A model generated the notes under the pieces. That model did not search any database, had not been told where the DNA came from, and worked only from the letters and a program-made list of their open reading frames with translations. A stretch of 64,000 nt of DNA from Thermoanaerobaculia bacterium (GTDB lineage: Bacteria > Acidobacteriota > Thermoanaerobaculia > Multivoradales > JAIOJS01), in NCBI GenBank assembly GCA_030429235.1, contig JAUIDB010000010.1, positions 13,334-77,333 of the forward strand, given 5' to 3'. The position numbers and the translations under genes were made by a program. Below, piece after piece: positions 7,821 to 16,832 of the stretch (position 1 is its first letter; each line of letters opens with the position of its first letter).

Positions 7821-10577
7821 ATGCGCGCTCCTGACACAATAGGGCCAGCAATGAACAGAGACGGGGATCAGGGTGTCCCATCGGTTCCGAGCCCGGCCCT
7901 AGCAGCCGGAGCCACCTTCCGCTCCCGCTACGAGATCGTCGAACGGCTCGGTCAGGGCGGCTACGCCGAGGTGTACCGGGCTCAGGATCTAGAGATCGAT
8001 CGCGAGGTCGCCTTGAAGATCCTGCGGCCGGATCGGACGAGTGACGCTTCGGTACGCCGGCTGAAGCGGGAGGCGGCGGTGGCCCGGGATGTGGAGAGTC
8101 CTCATCTGGTTCGGGTCTTCGAGGTGGATACGTCGACTCTGCCGGCGTTTCTCACCATGGAGGTGGTGGAGGGGGGCAGCCTGCTGGAGGAGATCGCGGC
8201 GGGCCCGGTGCCGATCGAGCGGGTGCTGGAGGTGGCGCGGCAGGTACTCCTCGGGTTGGAAGCGCTGCACGGAATGGGGATCCTGCACCGGGACATCAAG
8301 CCCAGCAACGTGATGATCACGTCGGACGGCCAGGTGAAGCTGGCCGACTTTGGGATGGTCCACCAACTCTCGCGAGAGTCGACGCGGCTGACCGAGTCTT
8401 CGGCCATCGTGGGGACGATCGACTACGTGGCTCCGGAGACGGTTCTCGGCGATCCGCCCGACGGTCGAGCCGATCTCTACGGGCTCGGGTTGTTGCTGTT
8501 CGAGATGCTCACGGGGAGCCTGCCCTTCGGTGACTCCCCTTCGGCTCTCGGCGCTGCGTTGGAGCGCCTGCACCGATCACCGCCTCGGGTGGTACCGCTC
8601 CGACCAGAGACCCCCCGTTGGCTAGAGAAGGTCGTCCTGAGGCTCCTCGAACGACGTCCGGAAGACCGTTTCGCGAGTGCCGAGGCCGTGCGCCGCGCCT
8701 TGCGCGAGCATCGTGTGCCGCGATCTCGTCGGGTGTGGCGACGGAACGCCTGGCTGGCGGCGGGGATCGTGCTGGCCAGTGTCGCGAGCGCCTGGGTGCT
8801 GGCGAGGATAGGGGGATCGATCCCGGTCCTCTCGCACATCACGGCGCAGGAACCGGAGCCGGGCCTCTTCGGGCTCTCGGCTGACGGTGAGGTGCTGTGG
8901 CATCGGCCCGACCTGAGGTCCGGTTGGTGGGTCACTGCCCAGTCGAGTTCGGGGGGCGGACCGATTCCCCTCGGGTTGCGGGCCGGGGCCGGGCCACAGG
9001 ATCTGGAGGTGCTGCACCAGTTGCTGGTTCTCGATCCCACCAGCGGGGAGACGGTGGACCGAGTGACGCTGCCTTCGGCGGGAGATGAGTTTCCCGGTTT
9101 TGCACCGCGGTTCCAGCCGGAACTCCACGCGGTCGACATCGATGGAGATGGCGGCGAGGAGGTGGTGGTCACCTACTTTCACACCTACTGGCCCTCGTAC
9201 ACCGTGGTCTATGAACCCAGATGGCGCCGGGCGCGGGTGGCGCTGTTGGCGGCGGGGCACCACCGCCCGGTCGGCGTGGCCGACGTGGATTCTGACGGCA
9301 ACAACGAACTGATCTTCCTGGGAGTTTCGAACCGCATGGGTTGGTACGCTGGGCTGGCCGCAGTTTCGATGGTGCCTCCGATCAACCGGCCGGGAGAGGC
9401 GACGCTGAGTACGGCGGCGGCCACGACGCCGGACGGCTACTTCCTCAGGCGATGGCGGGGCATGGTTTGGTACGCGCTCGCTCCGCCCGGGATCTGGTGC
9501 TCCGGGATCGGCACCTGTACCGAAGTGGACCCCGATGCTCGTGAGATTCGCCTGGAACCCCCCGGCGGCTCGCAAGTGCGCTACTCGTTCGACGGGTACC
9601 TAGTGGAAGACCGGGTCTCCGGCCTCGATTCGGCGGAGCGGAACCGCCGCCGGGGTCGCGCCTACAAGCACCTGGAGGAAGCGGGGCGGCTGCTCGATTC
9701 GCGGCTCGAAGATTGGGGCGAGGAGGAGGCCGAGCGAGCGGTGGAGTTGGCTCGTACGGTCCGCGACCGCTTCCTTACCGACTGGGCCCTGCGCACGCTG
9801 GGGAGGATCGTGATCGAGCGCGGACGAATCGAGGAAGGAGAGCAGATCTTCGAACAACTCTCGGTCGACTCTCCAGCTGCTACCAGCGCCGCCTTCGAGG
9901 CCGCCCACGCGCTGCAATTGGCTGGCCGCCCGGATCGCTCTCTCGATTGGTACCCGCGGGCCTTCGGCGCCGCTGGGGACTGGGGACCGGGCCGCAGTCG
10001 CGACCGGCTGGTTCGGGGGTTGTTGTTGGCCTACAGCGAGATCGGTGACTACGAAGGAGCACAGAAGGCCCTCGACCGGTTCAGCAATCCCGGGCAGATC
10101 ACGTCGCGAATCGACACGTATCTGAGGCCCTACGTCGCCTGGCGGATGGAGGATCGATCCGTAGCCCCCATGCCCTACCGCGCGGGGAACCCCGATCTGG
10201 AGGTCTATTGGAGCCTCGAGCAGGCGCTGGCTCACGGTACCGAACTCGAAGTCCTTTGGGAACGGGTGCAACTCGCCATGGACCAGAGTTCGGAGGAATT
10301 GCCTTTGCTGCAGAATCTGGCCGGTGAGATCCAATGGAAGATGGGTCGCCGTGCGGAGGCTTTGGTCTGGTTCGAGAGGGCTTTCGCGGGAGGTGAAGCG
10401 GAGCTCGAGCGGAGTATCTCGGTCCGTGCCCACTTCGATCTGATCGTCAGCCGACTGCTGCGGGGAGTCCGCGACGCAGGCCTCGAGACCAGAAGCAGAG
10501 AGATCGCGAGCGTGGCGGAAGCCTGGGATTCTCATCAGCGGCAGCTGCGTCATCTCATGTCTGTCAGAGGGCAGTAA
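7821..10577 (+). CDS. Hanks-type Ser/Thr protein kinase with a TM segment, FG-GAP/VCBS-like repeats and C-terminal TPR-like region
   Basis: Kinase subdomains 'LGQGGYAEVYRA', 'VALKIL', 'HRDIKPSNVM', 'DFGM' and 'APE' are present. There is a TM segment after the kinase, 'DIDGDGGEEVVV'/'DVDSDGNNELIFLG' repeats, and a TPR-like C-terminus. The ORF opens at 7575 but overlaps the convergent gene. Start chosen at the ATG at 7821 (7851 is also possible). Confidence 0.8.
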   Translation: MRAPDTIGPAMNRDGDQGVPSVPSPALAAGATFRSRYEIVERLGQGGYAEVYRAQDLEIDREVALKILRPDRTSDASVRRLKREAAVARDVESPHLVRVFEVDTSTLPAFLTMEVVEGGSLLEEIAAGPVPIERVLEVARQVLLGLEALHGMGILHRDIKPSNVMITSDGQVKLADFGMVHQLSRESTRLTESSAIVGTIDYVAPETVLGDPPDGRADLYGLGLLLFEMLTGSLPFGDSPSALGAALERLHRSPPRVVPLRPETPRWLEKVVLRLLERRPEDRFASAEAVRRALREHRVPRSRRVWRRNAWLAAGIVLASVASAWVLARIGGSIPVLSHITAQEPEPGLFGLSADGEVLWHRPDLRSGWWVTAQSSSGGGPIPLGLRAGAGPQDLEVLHQLLVLDPTSGETVDRVTLPSAGDEFPGFAPRFQPELHAVDIDGDGGEEVVVTYFHTYWPSYTVVYEPRWRRARVALLAAGHHRPVGVADVDSDGNNELIFLGVSNRMGWYAGLAAVSMVPPINRPGEATLSTAAATTPDGYFLRRWRGMVWYALAPPGIWCSGIGTCTEVDPDAREIRLEPPGGSQVRYSFDGYLVEDRVSGLDSAERNRRRGRAYKHLEEAGRLLDSRLEDWGEEEAERAVELARTVRDRFLTDWALRTLGRIVIERGRIEEGEQIFEQLSVDSPAATSAAFEAAHALQLAGRPDRSLDWYPRAFGAAGDWGPGRSRDRLVRGLLLAYSEIGDYEGAQKALDRFSNPGQITSRIDTYLRPYVAWRMEDRSVAPMPYRAGNPDLEVYWSLEQALAHGTELEVLWERVQLAMDQSSEELPLLQNLAGEIQWKMGRRAEALVWFERAFAGGEAELERSISVRAHFDLIVSRLLRGVRDAGLETRSREIASVAEAWDSHQRQLRHLMSVRGQ

Positions 10578-10638
10578 GTAGCGACTGTGCTATTCTGAGC
10601 GCACTTTCCGATCCGAGAAGAAGGGGGAGGCCTCACGC

Positions 10639-12414
10639 ATGCTGCGTTTTGTCGCCCGGAACGAGGGCCAGGAGCGTCGATTTCCGATCGCGGCCGATGG
10701 CGTGTGGACCGTAGGCTCGGCGATCGAGTGCGAACTCTCTGTCCCCTTCGACGGGGTCTCGCGGCGGCATGCCAGCCTCGAGCGCCGGGGAAGCCGAGTC
10801 TGGCTCACGGATTGTGGTTCCAAGAACGGCCTCAGGGTGGAGGGGCGGGTCGAGGCGCAGATCGAACTGCTGCCAGGGATTCGGGTAGACCTCGGTGGCA
10901 CGGTGGTCGAGATCGAAGAGGCAGCGTCGTCGGATACACGATTCGCGGTCGAGCTGCGGCGTTCGTCGAGCGTGGCTTCTCGACTGCGCACCAGTACGGC
11001 GGGAGCGATGGCCGGCGACGGACGTTCTTCACCCGCTGCCGCGCTCGCCTTCGTTCGGCGGTTCGAGCGAGCGTCGCTCCAACCGGGCTCGGAACTCTGG
11101 TCGCGACTCGTCGCCGAGACTCTGGAGATCCTCGAGGCCGAAACCGTGGCGGTGCTGCAGCGGGTTCCCGGGGAGCCTCGCGAGGTGTTGGAACAGTGCT
11201 GGGGCAGGCACCGGGTGCCAGGAGCCGAGGTAGAGGATCCGTGGAGCGCGGCCCAGCTCTCGGCCGAACTGGAAGGGGAATCGGCCAGAATCGTGGCCAT
11301 CCTGGGCCAGGGGGCCAAGGTCGATCGCTGGAAGGAGGACTTCTTCTCCTACCTGGCGACCCGCTGGCAGGAGCAGCGTCACGACCCTCCCGCTCCTCGC
11401 GCCCAGCCGGCCCAGGTCGAGCCGGAACGAGGCCCCGTGGTTCTCGGGCGCTCCGCCGCCATGGTAGAGGTCGAAACGCTGGCTCGGGCCGCGGCCGAGA
11501 GTGGTCTCAACGTCGTGCTCCTCGGCGAGACGGGGACCGGCAAGGAGGTTCTCTCACGCTTCATCCATCGTCTGCGTGCCACCGGGAAGGGTGAGCTGGT
11601 AGCGATCAACTGCGCTGCGATTCCCTCCGAACTCCTCGAAGCCGAACTCTTTGGCGTTGCCAGCCGAGTGGCGACCGGCGTAGATCCCCGCGAGGGGCTC
11701 TTCGTGCGCGCCCACGGGGGAACCCTTCTCCTGGACGAGATTGGCGAGATGCCCTACACGCTGCAGGCGAAACTGCTGCGAGCGCTCCAGGAGCGGGAGG
11801 TCATGCCGGTGGGAGGGCGACGGCCGATGCCGGTCGATCTTCGAGTCATCTCGACGACGCACCGTCCCCTGGCTCGGCTCGTGGCCGAGAAGAAGTTTCG
11901 CGCTGATCTCTACTACCGACTCCGCGGACTCGAGATCTGGCTTCCACCCCTCCGAGAGCGACTCGAAGACATTCCGGAGTTCGCCACTCTCTTTGCCCAG
12001 AGAGCAGCCCGTGCTTCGGGAAAGCGGGTCCGCGGGATCACCGAGCGTGCGCTGCGGCTTCTTACCTGCCACCGCTGGCCCGGCAACGTGCGGGAACTCG
12101 AGACCGACATGGAACGCGCTGTGGCGTTGTGTGCCGACGGAGGCAGCATCGACTCGCGGCTCTTCTCCCACCTGGATCCAGTCGCGGGACGACCTAGTTC
12201 CGTCTCGGTGCTCGAAGCCCCGACCTCGAGGGCCGTGGCGCCCAAGGCTGGCCACTCTACGGTCACACTGCGGGAGGAACTCGACGCTACCGAGCGCGAG
12301 CGAATCCGACGAGAGCTGGCGCTTTCGGGCGGCAACAAGTCGGAGGCCGCTCGAAGGCTCGGGGTGACCTGGAATGGGCTGGTGATGAAGATGAAGCGAT
12401 TGGGGTTACGGTAG
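10639..12414 (+). CDS. Sigma-54-dependent transcriptional activator (bEBP) with an N-terminal FHA domain and C-terminal Fis-type HTH
   Basis: ATG with a GGGGGAGG RBS. The FHA core is 'VGSAIECELSVPFDGVSRRHASLERRGSRVWLTDCGSKNGLRVEG'. The AAA+ sigma-54 interaction domain has a 'LLGETGTGKE' Walker A, 'GGTLLLDEIGEM', and 'FRADLYYRL'. The HTH is 'GNKSEAARRLGVTWNGLVMKMKRLG'. Confidence 0.85.
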   Translation: MLRFVARNEGQERRFPIAADGVWTVGSAIECELSVPFDGVSRRHASLERRGSRVWLTDCGSKNGLRVEGRVEAQIELLPGIRVDLGGTVVEIEEAASSDTRFAVELRRSSSVASRLRTSTAGAMAGDGRSSPAAALAFVRRFERASLQPGSELWSRLVAETLEILEAETVAVLQRVPGEPREVLEQCWGRHRVPGAEVEDPWSAAQLSAELEGESARIVAILGQGAKVDRWKEDFFSYLATRWQEQRHDPPAPRAQPAQVEPERGPVVLGRSAAMVEVETLARAAAESGLNVVLLGETGTGKEVLSRFIHRLRATGKGELVAINCAAIPSELLEAELFGVASRVATGVDPREGLFVRAHGGTLLLDEIGEMPYTLQAKLLRALQEREVMPVGGRRPMPVDLRVISTTHRPLARLVAEKKFRADLYYRLRGLEIWLPPLRERLEDIPEFATLFAQRAARASGKRVRGITERALRLLTCHRWPGNVRELETDMERAVALCADGGSIDSRLFSHLDPVAGRPSSVSVLEAPTSRAVAPKAGHSTVTLREELDATERERIRRELALSGGNKSEAARRLGVTWNGLVMKMKRLGLR

Positions 12415-12466
12415 TTTAGAGAGCAGGGCCCCTGATTGCGGACGGGTGGTCGATGAGCCCGGCTCC

Positions 12467-13345
12467 TTATGCCACCAGCAAAGCCTTGGCCAGCGCCGCT
12501 CGCAGCTTTCCGAACACCACGGCGAGGTACATCAGGAGGAGCCCGATCGCCACCGTGGTTAGCCAGAGGCCGGGGAAGATCCACCAGGGCACGAACCACT
12601 CGAGCGAACCGAGGACCACGAGAGGGCGGTCGAAGATCAGCTGGGCGAAGGGACCGATGAAGCAGGAGAGGGCCAGACTGAGCAGGGTGACCGAGACGAC
12701 GAAGGTGAGAATGCCGAGTGGCAGGGAGAGCAGGCAGTAGAGCAGGGTCTTCCAGGTGAGGGAGTCGGTGAGCCAGTACCTGGCCTTGGGGAGCCAGCCC
12801 GTTTCGGTGGGCAGCGAGACCGGCCGTCGTGGCATGCGCACGCCGATCAACGCCTCGAGCAGACGCCCCTCTACCAATCCCAGCATGCGCAGGGACATGG
12901 CGAACCCGATGAAGAACGGCACGCCGAAGATGAGGATGCCGAACCCCAGGGACATCGACAGGCCGACCACCGCCCAGGTGAAGTAGAAGAGCCCGGTCAG
13001 GAGACCGAATAGCATGAGGAAGAGGGCCCCGTAGGCTTTGGGATCGATCAGCATGCCGAGGGTTCCGCTGAGGAAACTGACCACCGGCGCCGGGGTTTCG
13101 AGGGCCTTGGAGACCGTGATCTCGGTGGCCCGGTAGGAGGCGGCGACCTCCTGGGGCGACCCAAAACCGGCGATCGCACGGTCGACCAGCTCCTGCTCGG
13201 TGAGGTCACTCGCGGAAGAAGAACGCTCACTGCGCAGGAACTCGTCGACGTCGTAGAGAGCGTCCTGAACCATCGCAGGGTCGCTGGCGGTGAGTGCGAG
13301 GCGAATGGCATTGCGGTACTGTTCGGTGGTCTTGATACGAGTCAT
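12467..13345 (-). CDS. PadR-associated membrane sensor protein (N-terminal HAAS/DUF1700-like domain, C-terminal multi-TM LiaF-like region)
   Basis: The N-terminal cytoplasmic domain follows the DUF1700 pattern ('EQYRNAIRLAL...VDEFLRSE...GFGSPQEVAASY'), followed by 4-6 TM helices. There is a 4-nt overlap with the upstream padR. Confidence 0.65.
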   Translation of the reverse strand: MTRIKTTEQYRNAIRLALTASDPAMVQDALYDVDEFLRSERSSSASDLTEQELVDRAIAGFGSPQEVAASYRATEITVSKALETPAPVVSFLSGTLGMLIDPKAYGALFLMLFGLLTGLFYFTWAVVGLSMSLGFGILIFGVPFFIGFAMSLRMLGLVEGRLLEALIGVRMPRRPVSLPTETGWLPKARYWLTDSLTWKTLLYCLLSLPLGILTFVVSVTLLSLALSCFIGPFAQLIFDRPLVVLGSLEWFVPWWIFPGLWLTTVAIGLLLMYLAVVFGKLRAALAKALLVA

Positions 13346-13830
13346 GAGTCGGTCTCCTGAGTGGTGTCGTGCTGGGAGGCTTCGACCGCCCGACGGATCT
13401 GGTCACCGCCGTCGAGGACCCGGTCGACGAAGTTTCTGGTATCGGTCCAGGCCGCTTCGATCAGCTCGAGGGCCTCGTGGCCGAGCGGGGTTACCTGGTA
13501 GTAGCGCCTAGGGGGGCCCGAATCGGAGGGCTCGAGGGAGCTGCTCAACAGCCCCTCGCGTTCGAGCGATCGCAGCACCGGGTAGAGCGTCCCCTGCTTC
13601 ATCGGCAGGGGAGCGCGGGTAACCTGCTCTAGGATCTTGGACAGCTGGTAGCCGTACATCGGCTGCTCGGCCCGGGCCAGCAGGGCGAGCAGGGTCACAC
13701 TGACCGAACCGGCATTGAGCTGACGTTGGATCTTGGCCACGGCGGGCGGGTAGTCGGTTTCGTGCATAGAGGGTTCCCCGTGGGTCGGAGTGGCGGCACC
13801 TGGCTGTGCCTCGGTCTCTAGTACGATCAT
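13342..13830 (-). CDS. PadR-family transcriptional regulator
   Basis: The winged-HTH signature 'YGYQLSKILEQVTRAPLPMKQGTLYPVLRSLEREGLLSS...RRYYQVTPLG' is present, with an ATG at 13830. Confidence 0.85.
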   Translation of the reverse strand: MIVLETEAQPGAATPTHGEPSMHETDYPPAVAKIQRQLNAGSVSVTLLALLARAEQPMYGYQLSKILEQVTRAPLPMKQGTLYPVLRSLEREGLLSSSLEPSDSGPPRRYYQVTPLGHEALELIEAAWTDTRNFVDRVLDGGDQIRRAVEASQHDTTQETDS

Positions 13831-13857
13831 ACTAGTAGAAGGTTTCTAATAGCTAGT
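13831..13857. promoter_or_regulatory. AT-rich nested palindrome (candidate PadR operator/promoter) abutting the padR start codon
   Basis: ACTAGTAGAAGGTTTCTAATAGCTAGT contains TAGAA-N3-TTCTA inside ACTAG...CTAGT. It is the only AT-rich stretch in the 200-bp divergent intergenic region. Confidence 0.35.
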
Positions 13858-14029
13858 CGGCAATAGGGTGGACCAGGGTTGCCGCCTACGGGCTGATCCC
13901 GTCCGCGCGGGTTCTGAGAGTCCCAGAGCAGCGTCGCCCCTGTCTGCCAACTCGGCGAGAGGACGGGCGACAGTAGGCAGTTCGACTCTGGTAGAGTGTC
14001 GATGAGGCGACAGTAGTGAGGATTCACAT

Positions 14030-16819
14030 ATGAGGAACAACGGCAGGGTGCAATCTCGACGCCGGTTCCTTCACAGATTGGGGATTGCGTGGGCGCTGGC
14101 TGGACTGCTCGCCAGTGCGACCGGACTCAGGGCGGGTGAGTCGGCGCCTGCGGCGATGGCGGCTGATCTCGGCGAGATTCCAGGGTGGACGTTTCTCGAT
14201 GCGGCGCCCGGGGGCTTTCAGGAACTCGACGGGATCGTCTACTTCTTTGCGCATGACGGTGTTCACGGGCAGGAACTCTGGCGAACCGATCTGACGGAGG
14301 CCGGTACCTGGATGGTCGAGGACATCTGTCCTGGCTTCTGTCACGGCATGACCAATGGCCCGCCGATGGTTCAGAGCGGTGGGGCGCTGTATTTCTTCGC
14401 CGACGACGGGGGGTCCGGGGGGGAGCTGTGGACTTCGCGAGGTACGGCCGAGACAACTCGGATCGTTCGGGACTTGCAGGCCGGCCCGGCCTCCTCCGCT
14501 TGTGGTCAGTTGATCGAGTTCGGAGGCCAGGTCGTGTTCGGTGCTGACGACGGCATCCATGGCTGCGAACTCTGGGTCAAACCCTCTTCGTGGGCGGGAG
14601 TCCAGCTGCTGGTCGATGCAGTTCCCGGCGCCGACTCCGGGTTCTCGTCCGGTTATCGCCGTCTCTTTCCGCTCGACGATCAGCTTCTCTTCTGGTCGCA
14701 GGACTCTCTCTGGACGACGGACGGTACTCCGGCTGGAACCGAGAAGGTCACCGAGGTCGTGGCGAACCTCGACGTGCCTTGGTTTCACGACAACGGCCCA
14801 CGGGCCTTCGACGGCAGGTTGTTTTTTCAAGGCTGGGACGCAGTACATGGCTGGGAACTGTGGGCCACCGACGGAACCGCAGCGGGTACGGGTCTGGTTG
14901 CGGACCTGGTCGCCGGTAGCGGCAGCAGTTCTCCGGACGACTTCGTGGTGCACGCCAGCCAACTCTGGTTCGCAGCCCGGGGCGAGGACCAGGACGGGGA
15001 ACTGTGGCGGAGCGATGGGACCTCGACGGGTACTGCGTTTGTCGCCGATGCGGACTGGGGTCCCCTGGGGAGTACCCCCGCTGGCGTCCTCTACGTGGTG
15101 CACAACGGAGTCCAGAGCGAGCTAAGGATCGCCGACGGGAGTCAGGTGAACACACTGGTCAGCGTAGAGGATGTTTACTTCTACTTCCTCTATCCTCGTC
15201 GACAGCTCGATGGTGGGGTCTTCCTGGCGCTGAACGCGGGGCAAACCGGTCCGGAGCCCTGGATCTCCGAAGGCACTCCCGAGACCACGCGGCTTCTCGC
15301 CGACATCTACCAGGGCGAGGAGGGTTCCATGTTCCTTCCTCTGGACACCGCAATCCAGCTCTCGACGGGAGAGATCCTGTTCAAGGCCTATTCCCCCGAG
15401 ATCGACTACTCGCCCTGGGTCAGCGATCAGACGACGGCTGGCACCCGCCGAATCAAGCGGATCGACGATCAAGTTTCGGCCGGGTATCCGGGACGACGAC
15501 TCCTCTATTCCAGCTTGGCCCCGATCGGACCACGATGCCTGACGAGTCGATACTCTCTGGAGTACAACCGCGAGGAGGCGTGGTCCTCGGCCGGAGACCC
15601 AGCGACGGTGGCTAGGATTCCCGTCCACCAGGGGCCTGGCGCCACGGTGCTTCAGGCAGATCCCGGACCTACTCCTGCCACTCGTTCCCGCGCCATTTTG
15701 AGAGTCCACGGGGAAGAGGGACCCAGCCTGTGGGGCACGGACGGTACGGTTCAGGGAACCGAGGAGATCACCGCGGCTTTCGGTGCGACGAGTCTGGGGC
15801 TCGAACGTTTCGTGGCGACTCCAGATCGCGTCTGGATCCAGAACCACGATCGGGTCTGGAGTACCGATGGAACCCTGGCCGGAACGGTGTGGGTTCCCTC
15901 CTGGAACCAGGTCAGAGACGCTGCCGTCGTCTCTGGCCGCACCTACCTGGCGCTCGGCAACAGCGGGACCGGAGTAGAACTCTGGCTTCAGCACCAAGGG
16001 GCAGCCCCGGTTCCGGTTCGCGACATCGAGCCAGGACCCGATAGTTCCACGCCATCGTGGCTGACGACCGGTTCCGAACCGAACCTCGGGGTCTTCTTCT
16101 TTGCCAGTACTACAGAGACTGGTCGCGAGCCCTGGTTCTCGGATGGAACTGCGGAGGGAACCTACCCGCTCGGGGACATCTTTCCTGGCGAGGAAGACTC
16201 TCGCGAGTTGACTGAGGAGCCCAATTCCGGCGGGGCCGTGGGGGCCTTCCTGGGGTCGACGCTCGTGTTCGCGGCCGATGACGGAGTCCACGGCAACGAA
16301 CTGTGGGCTTCGGATGGGAGTCCCGAGAGTGCGACTCTGCTTCTCGACCTCGTGCCGGGCAACGTGGGAAGCGAACCCGCTTGGTTTACCACCTTCGAGG
16401 ATCGGGTCTACTTCGTGGCCTCCACTCTGGAGCACGGACGAGAGCTCTGGCGGACCGACGGCACTCCGGAAGGCACCGAGATCGTGTTGGATCTGTTCCC
16501 GGGACGGCGTTCCGCTCTGCCCCACGATCTCTTGGTACGTGGTGACACTCTCTTCCTGGTCGCCGCCGACCCCGCCCACGGTTCCGAATTGTGGAGGCTC
16601 GACTCCGAGGGCCTCGAACTGCACCAGGACATCAATCCAGGGCCCGACTCGTCGTCACCGAGCTGGCTGGCGCTCGGTCAAGATCGACTCTGGTTCATGG
16701 CGACGGACGGTGTTCACGGGTTTGAACTCTGGAGCCTTCCGTTTGGGCTACTCTTTGCAGACGGCTTCGAATCTGGGGACGTCACCGCCTGGGGAGAAGC
16801 CGGGTCGGTCGTTCGCTAG
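14030..16819 (+). CDS. Tat-exported ELWxxDG-repeat beta-propeller protein with a C-terminal FADGFESGDVTAW tail
   Basis: The twin-arginine signal is 'SRRRFLHRLGIAWALAGLLASATGLRA'. About 15 tandem ~55-aa repeats each carry '(E/P)LW(R/T/A/S)(T/S)DGT'. It ends with ...LLFADGFESGDVTAWGEAGSVVR. Confidence 0.8.
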   Translation: MRNNGRVQSRRRFLHRLGIAWALAGLLASATGLRAGESAPAAMAADLGEIPGWTFLDAAPGGFQELDGIVYFFAHDGVHGQELWRTDLTEAGTWMVEDICPGFCHGMTNGPPMVQSGGALYFFADDGGSGGELWTSRGTAETTRIVRDLQAGPASSACGQLIEFGGQVVFGADDGIHGCELWVKPSSWAGVQLLVDAVPGADSGFSSGYRRLFPLDDQLLFWSQDSLWTTDGTPAGTEKVTEVVANLDVPWFHDNGPRAFDGRLFFQGWDAVHGWELWATDGTAAGTGLVADLVAGSGSSSPDDFVVHASQLWFAARGEDQDGELWRSDGTSTGTAFVADADWGPLGSTPAGVLYVVHNGVQSELRIADGSQVNTLVSVEDVYFYFLYPRRQLDGGVFLALNAGQTGPEPWISEGTPETTRLLADIYQGEEGSMFLPLDTAIQLSTGEILFKAYSPEIDYSPWVSDQTTAGTRRIKRIDDQVSAGYPGRRLLYSSLAPIGPRCLTSRYSLEYNREEAWSSAGDPATVARIPVHQGPGATVLQADPGPTPATRSRAILRVHGEEGPSLWGTDGTVQGTEEITAAFGATSLGLERFVATPDRVWIQNHDRVWSTDGTLAGTVWVPSWNQVRDAAVVSGRTYLALGNSGTGVELWLQHQGAAPVPVRDIEPGPDSSTPSWLTTGSEPNLGVFFFASTTETGREPWFSDGTAEGTYPLGDIFPGEEDSRELTEEPNSGGAVGAFLGSTLVFAADDGVHGNELWASDGSPESATLLLDLVPGNVGSEPAWFTTFEDRVYFVASTLEHGRELWRTDGTPEGTEIVLDLFPGRRSALPHDLLVRGDTLFLVAADPAHGSELWRLDSEGLELHQDINPGPDSSSPSWLALGQDRLWFMATDGVHGFELWSLPFGLLFADGFESGDVTAWGEAGSVVR

Positions 16820-16832
16820 GTCTCTCAGCTAC

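Noticed and set aside
15122-16624. 500-aa and 359-aa (14024..15103) minus-strand ORFs inside the ELWxxDG gene
   Set aside because: Antisense high-GC artefacts with no domains. The sense strand carries 15 regular repeats and a Tat signal.
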